64,000 bases of DNA, taken from assembly GCA_951406725.2 (NCBI GenBank), contig OX597825.1, forward strand, positions 52,018,001-52,082,000, written 5' to 3'. The DNA comes from Octopus vulgaris (Eukaryota). Shown here in pieces: positions 14,120 through 27,639 of the stretch. Below the pieces are notes generated by a model, which did not search any database, was not told the DNA's origin, and saw only the letters and a program-made list of their open reading frames with translations. The position numbers and the translations under genes are program-made. Numbering within the stretch: the first letter of the stretch is position 1; the number at the start of each line of letters is the position of its first letter.

Positions 14120-14430
14120 CATCAGTGGCAAATCTAAATAATTGATAATAGCAACAATAATAATATTAGTGGCAGCAAGCAATATTAGCATTAAACAACT
14201 TTACAATAAATTCATCATTATATTAGAGGTTACAGGAAGTGCCAGCTTGCTAGGAAGCTGAAATAAAAACCCATTCTATGACGTTTTAGCTGAAATAGAA
14301 TGTCAAATTCTACTCGTTTACCCAATTTCTGTGGGTCCATTGCATATCTTCAGTGTGATTGGGAGTTAAATTGGGAGTTTTACTTCAACTTTCTAGCAAG
14401 CTGGTGCTTCATGTACCCTCTGATATAATT
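13265..14430. repeat. Local duplication plus inversion (about 150-bp direct copies; inverted copy at 14270-14430)
   Basis: 13265-13415 resembles 14122-14272, and 14270-14430 is the reverse complement of about 13355-13520. An (ATC)n(ATT)n tract lies at 13998-14122. Confidence 0.75.
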
Positions 14431-14879
14431 ATATATATATATATTTAAATATAGCCATACACGCATGTATATAGCTATATATATATATGGGGCTGCAAAT
14501 TGTGCATTGGCAACTTTGGTTTCCCAAAAGAGCTCTACCCTACTTATAAAATCAACAGAAATTACAGGTTGCTGGATTTAACATTTTTCTGAACATCTAA
14601 CTTATGAGTAGGTTGTAGATGATGCAAGTTATTAACATTATTCAGCTAAGGCTTGTCATCATCTCATTGGATTCTGCATGCTTCAGTAGATGAGATAGTA
14701 ACAGCAATAAGTAAGTTAACTCTTGGTTAAGTACTTAGTAAAGATGGAATGTGCACTGCTCACTTTATTGAGCAAACTCACTTTACTTTGTATTTCCCTG
14801 TTACTCTTTCTCATATTTTTGCTGTGGATTGCTATTCTGAGATATGTATGAGATACTGATCTTCAGGTCATCGCTTCAA

Positions 14880-15190
14880 CTTGTTTCAATTACCTAACAA
14901 TTTGATAAGTCTTCAGTCTCTTATTGAAACCTATATGTGAAACCATCTATCTTAGTTGAAGAAACAGTCCTGAAAATGGCAGACAAGTTTGTTTATCCAG
15001 GCAGCACACTCAGCTATTCTTACTCTTGGATGACGAAGTATCTTTAAGGCTTCAGAAGGCATGTGATTGCTTCAGGGTTCTTGAGTCTTGTGTCTGGTCC
15101 CAACATGACATCCACAAGGTAAACAAAACCTGCTGTGTACTGTGCATCTGTGCTGATATTCCTTCTTTACTCATGTGAAACGTGGACTCA
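14880..15190 (+). mobile_element. RTE (BovB-like) LINE RT C-terminal fragment
   Basis: Translation across frameshifts: DKFVYPGSTLS..LDDEVSLRLQKA..FLLYSCETWT. Confidence 0.75.
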
Positions 15191-15729
15191 ACTGGCATCA
15201 CATAAGGGTCCTTGAATGCTTCCATCACAGATATCTGAGACGCATTCCAGACGTTGGCTACTCCTTGTGGATTTCAGTATCCTGAGCATTGAGTTGATAG
15301 TGTACAAGTACCCATTGAACTTGACTGGAAACCACTTTTTTGATGAGTGATTGGAGGATAAGTATGTAGATACTATTAGGTGAACTTGTTTCTGGAATGC
15401 ACATACAGCAAAAAACAAGATTACAATTTAAGGCATGCGAAAAATGGAATGTTGTCACCACCAATGCAGGAAGCAAATAAAGTAAGAAGTAGGTATTTTC
15501 AAAAGCACGTATTGTTCAACACAGAATTTGAATGAGCTGCACGAAAATGCGCCATCACTATAGGGAATGGGGGAATCCTCATCTACAATATCTGTAAATA
15601 TGTATGTGTGTATAAAAGGCTGAGGTCATTAGTTGCCAGTGGAGCCTCATATGTAAAATATAAATTTGTTTCAGTTCACAATGTTCTTACTGGACAGTGA
15701 TGATCTTTTTCAGTCTTGATTGGACAGCC

Positions 15730-15747
15730 ATTGTATGTATATGTATA

Positions 15748-15800
<53 letters not shown>

Positions 15801-15985
15801 ACACACATATATATATACACACATATATATATATAAATATATATATATGAATATATATATGTATATATATACATGTATATATGTATGTATATTTGTAAGC
15901 AAGTACAAATATGTGTACACATACAGACACACACAGACACACACATATATGTATGTGTGTATACATATACATATATATGTGTGTG

Positions 15986-16040
<55 letters not shown>

Positions 16041-16053
16041 ATGTGTGTATGTA

Positions 16054-16084
<31 letters not shown>

Positions 16085-16145
16085 TTATACACACACACAT
16101 ACTACACACATGTATACTATATATGTGTGTGCATATATATATTTG
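15730..16145. repeat. Compound TA/TG/TATG microsatellite field
   Basis: Read directly from the sequence. Confidence 0.95.
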
Positions 16146-16243
16146 TATTTCTCAGAGTAATTAAGATTAATGAGTATGTCAAAGCCTGAGCAAAGAAACG
16201 CTGTTCATTTTCCATACAAAAAATACAAAAAATTCCCGATTGG

Positions 16244-16430
16244 ATGAAATATAAAAGATTTAACACCAACTTTTGGAAGTTGTTAATAAAAAAAGAAGTA
16301 CAAAGGTTCAACGGAATTGGTATGGTCAAACCCCGAGAAAATTTCTATTGTTTGGAAATATTATTAAGCATTCTTTTTGTCAAAGAATTAATCATTGTCA
16401 AAGATCTGAAAGAATCAAAGATATAAATGT
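16244..16430 (+). mobile_element. Possible Helitron Rep/helicase remnant
   Basis: GIGMVKPRENFYCLEILL..KDLK loosely resembles the Helitron IGRxxxVxPxxxExFYLRLLL..FEDLK motif. The match is weak. Confidence 0.25.
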
Positions 16431-18464
16431 TGCTGAGAATAATGGAAGATGTTTTTTTGATTTGCAGGAATTGCCATAATTGGCTGCTGGAATCATTGTA
16501 AGTTGTTGAATAGTTTATCATTCTCTGTCTCTGTATAGTTGCATGACTGTATGACAGTGTGACAGTTTGGTTGTGTGGTTTTGTGTATAGAGTGTTTACA
16601 TATTGTATGGCTCTGTATGTGTGTAGGAGTACCGTAGCATGATTTTGAGTGTGTGTGTGGTTAACTGCCAGTATGTATTGTTGTGTGATTTTGTAACTCA
16701 CTGACATCCTGGTTGTGTGTAATTGACTGTCACTGTGCCTGTAAGGTTTTGTGGTTAACCAGCAGTGTGGTTGTGTAGTTATCAGATTATCTGTCAGTGT
16801 GGTTTTATTTTTACACATTGTGTGATTCTCTGTGTGAGTGCCATTGCATAGATAAATGATTTTATAATTGTGTGAGTCAGTGAATGTGAACCTGTAGTCC
16901 TGTAGTTTTGTGGTTCACTGACAATGTGGTTGTGGAGTTATGAGAAAGGTATGAGACTGTGACATTGTGTGAGTATGTGGCACTGTGGATACGTATGTGT
17001 CATTCTAACTTTGATGGTTTGGTGCATGACTTTGTACTGATGTAGATGTGTTACTGTGTAACAGCAAGTCTACATGGCTCTGAAATTGGATGGATGTATA
17101 GTTATGTATGTGTGGGGTTATTTGAATGCACTTATGTGCTTGTGACAGCATGCTAGTGTGATTATATTAAAATTTTAAGAAAGAGATATCAACTAAAAGA
17201 GTTAAACCAGATATAGGTTATCTTTCAGACAATTATGTTCACCAATACACACAGTACATGTTCACATGCACAGATTTTCACATGCATGCTCATACATGCA
17301 AATTCTTACATTAACATACAAGCATATGTACATGAGTATACACTCATCTATACACAAGTACATATACATACACACATATATCACACTAAAATGCAAAGGC
17401 ATAAACCCACATACATTGTGACATTTATGTAGGGACTCTCTTCAGAACTCATTGTCTTGTACCTGTTACCATTATTTTTGTTTTTTTACAGATCTTATAT
17501 GATTTTATGCCTATATAATACATATGTATGTATGTATGCATGTATGTATGTATGTGTGTGTGTGTGTATGTAGGTATGTGTGTGTGTATGTATGTGTGAG
17601 TGAGTGCATGTGTCTGTCTGTGTATGTATGTAATATGTGTGTATAGATATAAAATGTGCATGTATATTTGTATTGACTATATATCAATAAATATATAATC
17701 AATATATATATATGTGTGCACATGCACACACACACATATGCACACACACACACACACACACTCTTACACACACACACATATATATATGCATATATATCAA
17801 GTAAATGATTTTTTATTTTAATTTCATTTTATATGTGATGAATGAATTTTGTCATTAGTGAAAACTTCATTACATATTATTCACCATGAACCTATGAACA
17901 TTAATTCACACCACCACTTTCACATTATTCTACCAATTTCCACCTCTGATATTAGCGAGTATATGTAATTACCAGAGTCAGCTGAGGCTATAGATTCTCA
18001 TTATTATAATTGCAGTTTTATAGATGAAATAAAATGTGCTGCCCCCTCTTATTCTGCCAACCTTAAAATCCAGCATTTAGTTTAAATTCAAGAACATATA
18101 ACTAGAGACTTTTAAAATTTTCCTCTCATTTCATTTTCTGAGAAACCATTGCTATCAGGAGATTTTTAATTGAAATTTTAACAAGATTAACTATTTGTGT
18201 TGTAATAATTTTGCATTTTGGATTAACAATTTAATTCTAAAAAGCTTCCAACTCTAATAATAGAGCTTCTTACATGGAACTGCATTGCACCAAAATTCTT
18301 ATTGCATTTCAAAAGCTGCAATATATTTGTTGATATACAAAAGACAACAGTTATTCAAAAGTTAAATTCTTAAATGAGCATTGCTTTAAAGCATAATCAT
18401 ATATTCAAACATAATCATACCTACAAACATAGACATAAAAACATAATCATACATTAATTCAATG

Positions 18465-18925
18465 ACTGGCATCTGTGCTTGTGGAGTGCTAAGAGCACCA
18501 TACAAGTGAGATTGTGGCCAGAGCAACAAGGTGGCCTCCATGCTGATGGCACGTTAAAAACACCATTTGAGCATGATCGTTACCTGCATCGCCTTACTAG
18601 CACTTGTGCTGGTGGCACATGAAAAAACATTCAAGCAAGATCATTGCCTGTGCCGCTGGACTGGCTCCTGTGCAGGTGGCACATAAAAAGCACCATTTGA
18701 GTATGACCATTGCCAGTACCGCCTGACTGGCCCTCGTGCCGGTGGCACGTAAAAGCACCCACTACACTCTCGGAGTTTATGGCATTAGGAAGGGCATCCA
18801 ACTACAGAAACTCTGCCAGATCAGATTGGAGTCTGGTGCAGCCATCTGGTTCACCAGACCTCAGTCAAATCGTCCAACCCATGCCAGCATGGAAAGCAGA
18901 TGTTAAACGATGATGATGATGATGA
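18465..18925 (+). mobile_element. RTE LINE 3' UTR with internal tandem 60-75-bp subrepeats
   Basis: Four GGTGGCAC(G/A)T(A)AAAA(G)CACC-like units, then the conserved tail and (GAT)n. Confidence 0.8.
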
Positions 18926-19707
18926 TTTTGTGTAAGTTTTCTCAAGCTCCATTGATTTTTAAAAGGAGCAATTTCAGTTGTGTTTAAAATGAAATAGACA
19001 CTTCCCAAACATGCAACCCAATATAAAGATGGTACTTTCTTTACAATCTTTCATTAAAAATGTCTATTTGACATGTGTTTATTTACAAAAGCTTAAACAG
19101 TATGTAGAAGATAATTCTAGGAGACCAAATTAGTCAGAGTACATAAAAAATTCAGTTTTGAATATTCAACAGCCTGAATAAACATACTATAGTTTATACT
19201 GTGAATTAAGGAAACCCTGATATTGAGAACTGTGTCTACATTGACTGAATGTCTCTGGTTTTTATTAAAATGGTGGATATCTGGAAGTAATTTAAACGTT
19301 TGCTTAAGTGAATTTATACATGTATGTGTATGCATCTATGTGCAAAGAGAATCACAAAGATAAGCTGTTAAACAGAGAGACAGACAGACAGACAGACAAA
19401 TAAAGTAATGGATAGATATTATGGCATGACAGTTTTCTTAAACAGCACACCTCTATGTATAATAATCAACAGGTCAATTTAAAACTTGAGAAACAAACAT
19501 ACAGTATGAGAGGCAACATTATGTTAGACAGTGATGCTTAGCATTAAAATCCAAATAATGATTGCTATTTGAAATGGTTTTCCTATAGATATGAAGTCAG
19601 AAAATAACAGAGTCAAGTATTACATATGAATTGATAAATCCTCTAAATTGTCCCTTATTTTACCTGAATAACATCAGATCAGATAGAAGAAGTGGAAATA
19701 GAAACGC

Positions 19708-19746
<39 letters not shown>

Positions 19747-19810
19747 CATCTCATAAATACAGTAGATTTTTAATATTTCTTTTATTTTTTAAAATTACTA
19801 TAAAAAAATT

Positions 19811-21152
19811 TTAATCTAAAATATACTCTCCTTCATTTATATAAATAAAATATCTTTTTAATCTAAAATCAGCGCCGCCTCGACTGCCGATGCCAGCGCC
19901 ACCTCGACTGGCTTCCGTGCCGGTGGCACATAAAATACACCAATCCGACCGTGGCCGTTGCCAGCCTTGCCTGGCACCTGTGCAGGTGGCACGTAAAAAG
20001 CACCCACTACACTCACGGAGTGGTTGGCGTTAGGAAGGGCATCCAGCTGTAGAAACATTGCCAGATAAGACTGGAGCCTGGTGCAGCCTTCTGGCTTCCC
20101 AGGTCCCCGGTCGAACCATCCAACCCATGCTAGCATGGAGAACGGACGTTAAACGATGATGATGATGATGATGATACTCTCCTTCATTTTCCACAATGCT
20201 CTTCAATCTATCTGATAGACTTGCAAGGTCCCTCTTCTAAAATTCACTTGTCTGTTATGAAAAATACTCCTCCAGTACTGTTCTGACCTCATCTGCAGAA
20301 TTCCTATTTTCTCCTAATCATTTTGAAGACGGCAGAAAAAATGATAATCATATGGGGTAATGTCTGGCGAATATGGTGGGTGAGGTATCGTTTCCCATTC
20401 AAACTGCTCCAGCCTTTGGAACATCATCTTCAGTGTATGTGACTGAGTGTTTATTTGATGGAAGAGCACCTTTCATCTTGAAACCAAAGATGGTCGTTTC
20501 TTCTAGTACTGACTTAAGTCACTCAAGCTGTTGCAGTAGATCTCCTTTGTTATCATTTGGTTTGGGTTTAAAAGTTTAAAGTGGACGAAACATTTCATAT
20601 ACCACCAAAACAGATAACACCTTATGTGGGTGAAGACCTTCTTTAGCCTGGGATGCTGGTTTTTCTCCTTTTCCTACCCACTGTCTTCGGCCCTTGATGC
20701 TTTTATAGAGAACCCATTTCAATCCAAAAAAGGTTCATTTGTAAGACATGGCAGCAAAGAAGAGCACACATTCACACTCTGTGTGTGATTAGATTGGAAA
20801 GATTGTAAGGAACCCATTCACCCATTTTGCTGATTATTCTGATGGCATGCAGGTGCTGATGAATGGTTGAATGACCAAATCCAAGCTTCTCTGCTAGTTC
20901 CTCAACAGTTAGGATGGGATTTTGTTTCACCAGAGTTTGCAGGACATCCTCGTTGAGCTCTACAGATCTTCCAGGATGAGGTTCATCTTCTAGACTGTAG
21001 TTTCTGGCTCAGAATTTCTGGAACCACCGGTGACACTGGCTTACGCTTATTGTCTGATCCCCATATACTGCATTAATATTCCTCACACTTTCTGTTGCCC
21101 TGTTGCCATTATTGAACTCATAAAGCAAAATATGTTTCTTTGTCACTTCCAT
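19811..21152 (-). pseudogene. Mariner transposase pseudogene
   Basis: MEVTKKHILLYEFNNGNRATESVRNINAVYG..WFQKF*ARNYSLEDEPHPGRSVE..; the C-terminus is NEGEYILD*. Contains stops, frameshifts and one insertion. Confidence 0.9.
19839..20173 (+). mobile_element. RTE-tail insertion inside the mariner, with 16-bp TSD
   Basis: ATACTCTCCTTCATTT at 19823-19838 and 20174-20189; (GAT)n tail. Confidence 0.9.
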
Positions 21153-21385
21153 TATAGGTTTGAAAAAATAACTGTTAAAATCAAACTGCACTCTTCAAAA
21201 CTTGCACTAAGAATAAGTACAAGGTAAAATTACTGTCTGCTTTTATAGGAAGTTGATGCATGTAGTTTATCCTATACCCCTCCGACTTTTAGTTCCAGCA
21301 AGTGAAAATACTGCATTATTTATGGGATGACCCAATATATATGTATGTATATGTGTATCTATGTATATGTATCTGCAAGAATGTG

Positions 21386-21436
<51 letters not shown>

Positions 21437-21441
21437 TTATC

Positions 21442-21476
<35 letters not shown>

Positions 21477-21482
21477 GTATAC

Positions 21483-22439
21483 TGTTGTGTCTGGGGAGAG
21501 TCGTTCTCATTTAGTGCCTTATAATTTAATACACTCACTGGTAAAATTTTCATTGCGCCTTGCGACCTTTTCAATAGTTGTTGACTATGTCCGTTATTTA
21601 AGCTGTGTTCTTTTTGTTTGTTTGTGCCCATGTGTGTGGGTCAGTGTATGTGTGCGTAAGTATATATATATATGTGTGTACATGTTTATATGTATGTATT
21701 CTGCATACTCATGTGTTTGTGTGTTTGTGTGTTTTTAAGTGTGTGTATGGGTTTTTGTGAGCGTGCACTGTGTCTGTATGTATGGATGAGTATCTCCATA
21801 TGTGTGGGCGTTTGTCTCCACATGTGGCCTTGTGTGAAGTGAAGTGTGTGCGTATATGGTCATATGTTTCAGTCTTCATTTGTGTATATGCATGTATGTG
21901 TGCTTGTCTGTTCATATTACCTATGTACCTATCCGGCAGTATGTTTATCTGTTTACTTTCATATCCATTTGCCTACATGCATGTGCATACACACACACAC
22001 TAACACACACACACACACATGCACACACAAGGAGACAGAGGTACACACACATGTAAACACACATACACGAACACACAAACACATGAATATGCAGAATACA
22101 TACATACAAACATATATATATATATATGCATGCACACATCCATACATGCGTACATGCACTTGTATGCATACATACATACATATATACATACATACATACA
22201 TACATACATACATACATACATACATGTGTATGCATACACACACACTGACCCACACACATGCACACAAACAAACTAAAAGAACATTGCCTGAATAACGGAC
22301 ATAGTCAACAACTATTGAAAAGGTTGCAAGACTCAATGAAAATTTTAGAAAAATAAAAAAGTAAATGAGTGGAAATTTTACCAGTGAGTGTGTTAAATTG
22401 TAAAGCACTAAAAGAGAATGACTTTCCCCAGACACAACA
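21483..22439. mobile_element. Long-TIR foldback element with TGTTGTGTC...GACACAACA termini
   Basis: About 21483-21740 matches the reverse complement of about 22060-22439 (e.g. ACCTTTTCAATAGTTGTTGACTATGTCCGTTATT / AATAACGGACATAGTCAACAACTATTGAAAAGGT). Confidence 0.85.
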
Positions 22440-22502
22440 GAATATACTTCAATACATGAACTCATACAGAATCTTGCAAAGCAAATCCCAAAACGAAATA
22501 TA

Positions 22503-22700
22503 GTACCGCCTGACTGGCCCTCGTGCCGGTGGCTTGTAAAAGCACCCACTACACTCTCGGAATGGTTGGTGTTAGGAAGGGCATCCAGCTGTAGAAACTC
22601 TGCCAAATCAAAATTGGAGCCTGGTGCAGCCATCTGGTTGCCAGACCTCAATCAAATTGTCCAACCCATGTTAGCATGGAAAGCGGACGTTAAACGATGC

Positions 22701-22735
<35 letters not shown>

Positions 22736-22743
22736 GTGATGAT
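22503..22743 (+). mobile_element. RTE-type 3' tail
   Basis: Conserved tail followed by (GAT)n. Confidence 0.85.
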
Positions 22744-22759
22744 ATTTATATATATATGT

Positions 22760-22995
22760 ATCATCATCATTATCATCATAGTTTAACATCCACTTTCCAT
22801 GCTAGAATGGGTTGGACGATTTCACTCAGGACTGGCAAACCAGATGGCTGCACCAGGCATCAACCTTGATCTGGCAAGCTTTCTACAGCTGGATACCCTT
22901 CCTAATACCAACCACTCCGAGAGTGTAGTGGATGCTTTTACGTGGCACTGGCACAGGGCCAGTCAGGTGGTACTGGCAACAACCTCGCTCGAATC
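22760..22995 (-). mobile_element. RTE-type 3' tail in inverted orientation
   Basis: (ATC)n followed by GTTTAACATCCACTTTCCATGCT... Confidence 0.85.
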
Positions 22996-23030
22996 TTTTA
23001 CACACACACACACATACATATGTATATAGG

Positions 23031-23065
<35 letters not shown>

Positions 23066-23069
23066 AAAT

Positions 23070-23952
23070 ATAAGGAGGCAGTGAATATATTGTTGTTTAA
23101 ATTATGCAAAAATGAAAATAACACTGATATCTCATTTTAACAGATAGATTTACCAAAATTACATTAAAATATCTTGAAATACTGAAGAGTAAATTTATTC
23201 AGTAAGATTGCCATTAGCTTCAACCATTAGCTTCAACCTCAAGTCGACTTCAGAATCTCCTGCAATTCTTCTGAACAGTCTCCTGCAATAATCCTTGCCT
23301 TCAGTTTATCTTTGATATTATAAGAAGTTTTGTTGGTTGCTCACTCAATTTTGTCCCACTCATAATAATAAAGGGGGTTGCAGTCTGGGGAGTTAGGTTG
23401 CCAGATGTTAGGGGTAATGTAGTTGCAGAAATTGTCTGACAGCCTTGACTGGCTTCTCCTGCTTGAAAGGCATTGCACAGAGTCCTGTTGCCAGACATAG
23501 GATCTTCCAGTAGCCACCCTCTTGACGCAGGGCAGAACTATCTCCTCCAGGCACTTGATGTCGGCCTCTGTATTGAGTCTGAGACTGTGTGGGAAGATGG
23601 ATGGAGATATAATGTCACCATCATTAGTGGTGATCACTTCAAACACCATGATGTTCATACATCACCATGATGAGTGATGTAGGAATTTTATCAGTCTTGG
23701 TACATGCACTGTTCTCAGATTGACACCCAGTCACTCTGAAATGCTCATATTGGAGCCTCTAGCATGAATGCCAAGCAGTACAGCATGTTGTTTCCAAATT
23801 TCTGGCAGAGTGAATTGTGTCATGGTGCTGTTCTCACAGATGGTGCCCAACTGACCTTACCATATTTTGTAGTCAACAAAATCAAAAACAAACAAGCCAC
23901 ATGCCCGAAATTAAAAATATAAAATGGTGATAATTTATCCATCACACACTGT
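23070..23952 (-). mobile_element. maT/DD37D-like Tc1-mariner element, internally deleted
   Basis: IMVFEVI..DGD..WQQDS..NIWQPNSPDCNPLYYYEW, with degenerate TIR-like ends. Confidence 0.8.
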
Positions 23953-24639
23953 ATGTGTGTATGTTTAGATATGCATATTTACATATATCTGTATGTGTGT
24001 GTATATGTATATATATATTTTTTTTTTTTTTTTTTTAATATATGTGTTGTGTGTGTATATACATATATATATATATATTTATATAATACATATGCATATA
24101 CATGTCTGTATAAGCATATATATATCTGTATATATCTTTATATATATATGTATATTTCTATATCAATATGTATGTGTACGGTCGTATGTGTGTGTGTGTG
24201 TGTGTGTGATCATAATCATCATCATTTATCTCTCAATTTTTCTACTGAAATTGGTCAGGTTTTCAGGAGAAGCAAATGTGCCAGAGAACTGCACCAAACT
24301 ACAATACTTTGGTATGTTTTCTGTTGTTAGATGTGGTTCTTTCACCAACCACGTTAGAAAGTGTTCTGGGTTTACATTACTCTTACTAACACTAGTGAAG
24401 CTACTAAATTTATTGCAAGACAAGATCCCTTCAACTGATGGCTATATATAGTATTGTGGAAGGGTTCTTTATTTATGGTGACGAGAGCTGAAATTATGAA
24501 AGAGCGACTGGAATATTTACTTAGGTGCAGGGATGAATAGAGAAGGCTGATTTCAAAACACTGATCTTTATGACTAAGGACCAACATGTCACACATTGCT
24601 GTACTCAAAATACCTGTCCACCTCAAAAATTGAGATCCT

Positions 24640-24880
24640 AAAACCCAAGGTGCCACATAAAAAGCATTGGTATGATTGCTGGTTTCATGTAGAAAGCACT
24701 GGTGATGGTACCAAATAAAAGGCACCCAGTACACTCTGTGGAGTGGTTGGTGCTAGGAAGGGCATCCAGCCATAGAAACCGAGTCAAAACATACTATGGA
24801 ACCTTGTGCAACCCTTGGCTTTGCCAGTTCCTATCAAGCCATCCAACCCATGGACAACAGACACTAAATATTGATGATGA
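24640..24880 (+). mobile_element. Diverged RTE-type 3' tail
   Basis: GGAGTGGTTGGTGCTAGGAAGGGCATCCAGCC...CATCCAACCCATG. Confidence 0.7.
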
Positions 24881-25984
24881 GGATATATGGTTACCCCAGT
24901 TGGAAAAGAAAAAAGATGTTGGTGAATATGTGTCAAGGTGCATGTTCAACTTATAGGAGGATGAATGTAAGAGAAGTGGTAAAAGTGGATAAGTTTGTGT
25001 GAGTATGAGAGGTGAGTATGGGATTGCTTAGGAATGGGAATAGAAGGAAAAGTAATGAGTGGTGAATATGAGTTAAGTCAGTCATGAATATGAGTTAAGG
25101 GAAAACGTGGAGGAAGTGGGTGTGGGTCAGGGAGTAGTATGTAACAGCAATGATGGGAAGAGTGGAGAGAGTGTAGTATGGGATGAGTTCAGAGTTTCAG
25201 GGATGAAGTCAGAGGTACATAGGGTAGAAACAGCAGCAGATGAATCAAGGTAAAAGTGGGGTGGGGCTGCCATTTGCAAAACGGGGGTGTGTACAAAAGA
25301 GAGAGGAGGTGGAAGAGACATTCATAAGAAAATAAATTGGTAAGAGATGATACTGGAATTGCATGAGAAAAATGTGTTTCTGAGATGGAGATTGGGTAAA
25401 TGAAATGGGGATAGAATAGGTGTGGTTCTGCTCCAATAGTTACATAGGTGTAAGAAATAGTGCTATAAGAATAGTGATAGTGGAGGAGATGTTGGGAAGA
25501 TGAGTTGTGGGAGAGATGCACATGCATATACATACATGTGTAAATATATATGGGTGTGTCTGTGTGCATGTGTGTGTGTCTATATATGAATATATGTATA
25601 CATATGTATGTGTAAGTATTGCCATCAAAACATGTGACAATATAAGTATGCTTCTGATAAATAAGACGGCATTTAAATTGTATGGGACAATGAGTCTGAT
25701 GTATCACCATACAATTCATGTCCTACAAAGAATACATGGTCGTTCTGGGCAAGAATCTATATCATTTTTGAGATTCCAATAAATTTTGCACAATTTTAAA
25801 TTATAATACCGTCATTATATTTGTCACTCATAAATATGGTCCAGTCTTGAACACTGTAGTAATGTCACTGACTTTCTATTGTGAACATTTAAACAGCTTT
25901 AGAAACTAAGAACCAAGTAATGTTAGAAGAGAAATGAGACATGTCTGTCTGTTTATATTTATGTTGCTTCAGCAACGGGCATGT

Positions 25985-26145
25985 ATGTTTGTGTGTGAGA
26001 GGGGGAGAGAGAGAGAGAGAGAAAGAGAAAGTGAGAGTATGTGCATGTTTGTGTGTTTATATATACATTTAAAAGCAAACACGCACACACATATATATAT
26101 ATATCTGTCTGTCTATTTACCACTCTATCTACCTCTCTTTCTCCC

Positions 26146-26196
<51 letters not shown>

Positions 26197-26252
26197 ACAT
26201 ATATGTGTGTGAGTGTGTGTATACATACATATATATATATATATATTCATTC

Positions 26253-26284
<32 letters not shown>

Positions 26285-26366
26285 ATATGAACTAAGAAAA
26301 TACATCTGAACAATCATCACATATGAAACCATTAGCTTCAACAATACAAAATTTTATACACATCAA

Positions 26367-26403
<37 letters not shown>

Positions 26404-27140
26404 CACATGCACACATACACATATATATGTACATAGAGGTGAGTGTATAACTATATGTGTGTGTATGCATGTATATATATATATATATATATATATGCAT
26501 ATATATATTTGCATGTATATGCATACATGTATATGTATATGTATATATATGCATGTATATGTATGTATATATATGCATGTATATATGTATATATATGTAT
26601 GCATATATGTATATATATGAAAGAATATGTATACTAATGTATATATATATGTATACTCATATGTGTGTACGTATGTATGCACACACACATATACTACAGA
26701 CTCATGCATGCAAATGCCAAAATACACATATATAATAAAATGAACCCACCAATATTTTTTGCTTTTGTTGTTTTTCCATGATTTTATTTGTGAGGTGCAT
26801 AAATTATCTCTGAGAATCAGAGGGAATAGATATATTGGTGATATTTTTGGTCTCCCCTCCTTGATGTGTGAAGTAATTACTTCACATTTTAACGAAAGAT
26901 ATTTCCTGCTAAAGATATAAATATGCACACACGCACTCACATGCACACACAATACATACACACACATATATAGTTATAAATATTGATTTGTATATTATGT
27001 GTGTGTGTGTCTCTCTCTCTCTCTCTCTCTCCCTATATATATATATATATACACACACACATATGCAAGCATATATTTACATAATATATATATATTATAC
27101 AAGTGTAGTTTGGTGTGTATGTGTGTGTGTGTCCATATGT
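25985..27140. repeat. Large compound microsatellite/low-complexity field
   Basis: TA, TG, GA and TATG arrays read directly. Confidence 0.9.
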
Positions 27141-27639
27141 TTATAGGTGTCTGTGTAATATTCTATATCAATACCAGAATATTCTTGTTCTGAAAATATA
27201 CAACAGTTAATAGAATCAATAACAGAAAAATATATTTAAATTACAGTTTCTTTATTTTTCCTTGTGTTGCATAAAATTGAATAATTTCGTAGGTTTTTTT
27301 TTTTGTTTTGGTTTGTTTTAATTTAATATATTACTCATCTACTTTCAACAAATATCATTATTGTCATCATCATAACCATCATCATTGTTATCATCATAAC
27401 CATCATCATATCCTATTATCATCATAATTATTAATCATTACAAAAATTATCATAAGCAGTACCAACACAAGTATCAGCAGTCATCATAGTCATCATTATC
27501 AACATCATTAATATTTCTACATCATTATCAACCTGAATTCTCCATCAACACCATCCATGGAGACACCTCTACTGATACTAATATCAACATCATTGTTATC
27601 ATCATCCTCACCAGAACTATTGTTTTCATTGTAATTATT

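Larger units (their letters stand above)
19741..21335 (-). mobile_element. Mariner element with both TIRs, decayed
   Basis: TIRs TAGGGTCATCTCATAAATA / TATTTATGGGATGACCCAA, with TA flanks. Confidence 0.9.

Noticed and set aside
18540-18765. Regularly spaced GGTGGCAC..AAAA..CACC repeats resembling a CRISPR array
   Set aside because: The spacers are related to each other and the block is the tandem subrepeat of an RTE 3' UTR found at many loci. The context is eukaryotic and there are no cas genes.
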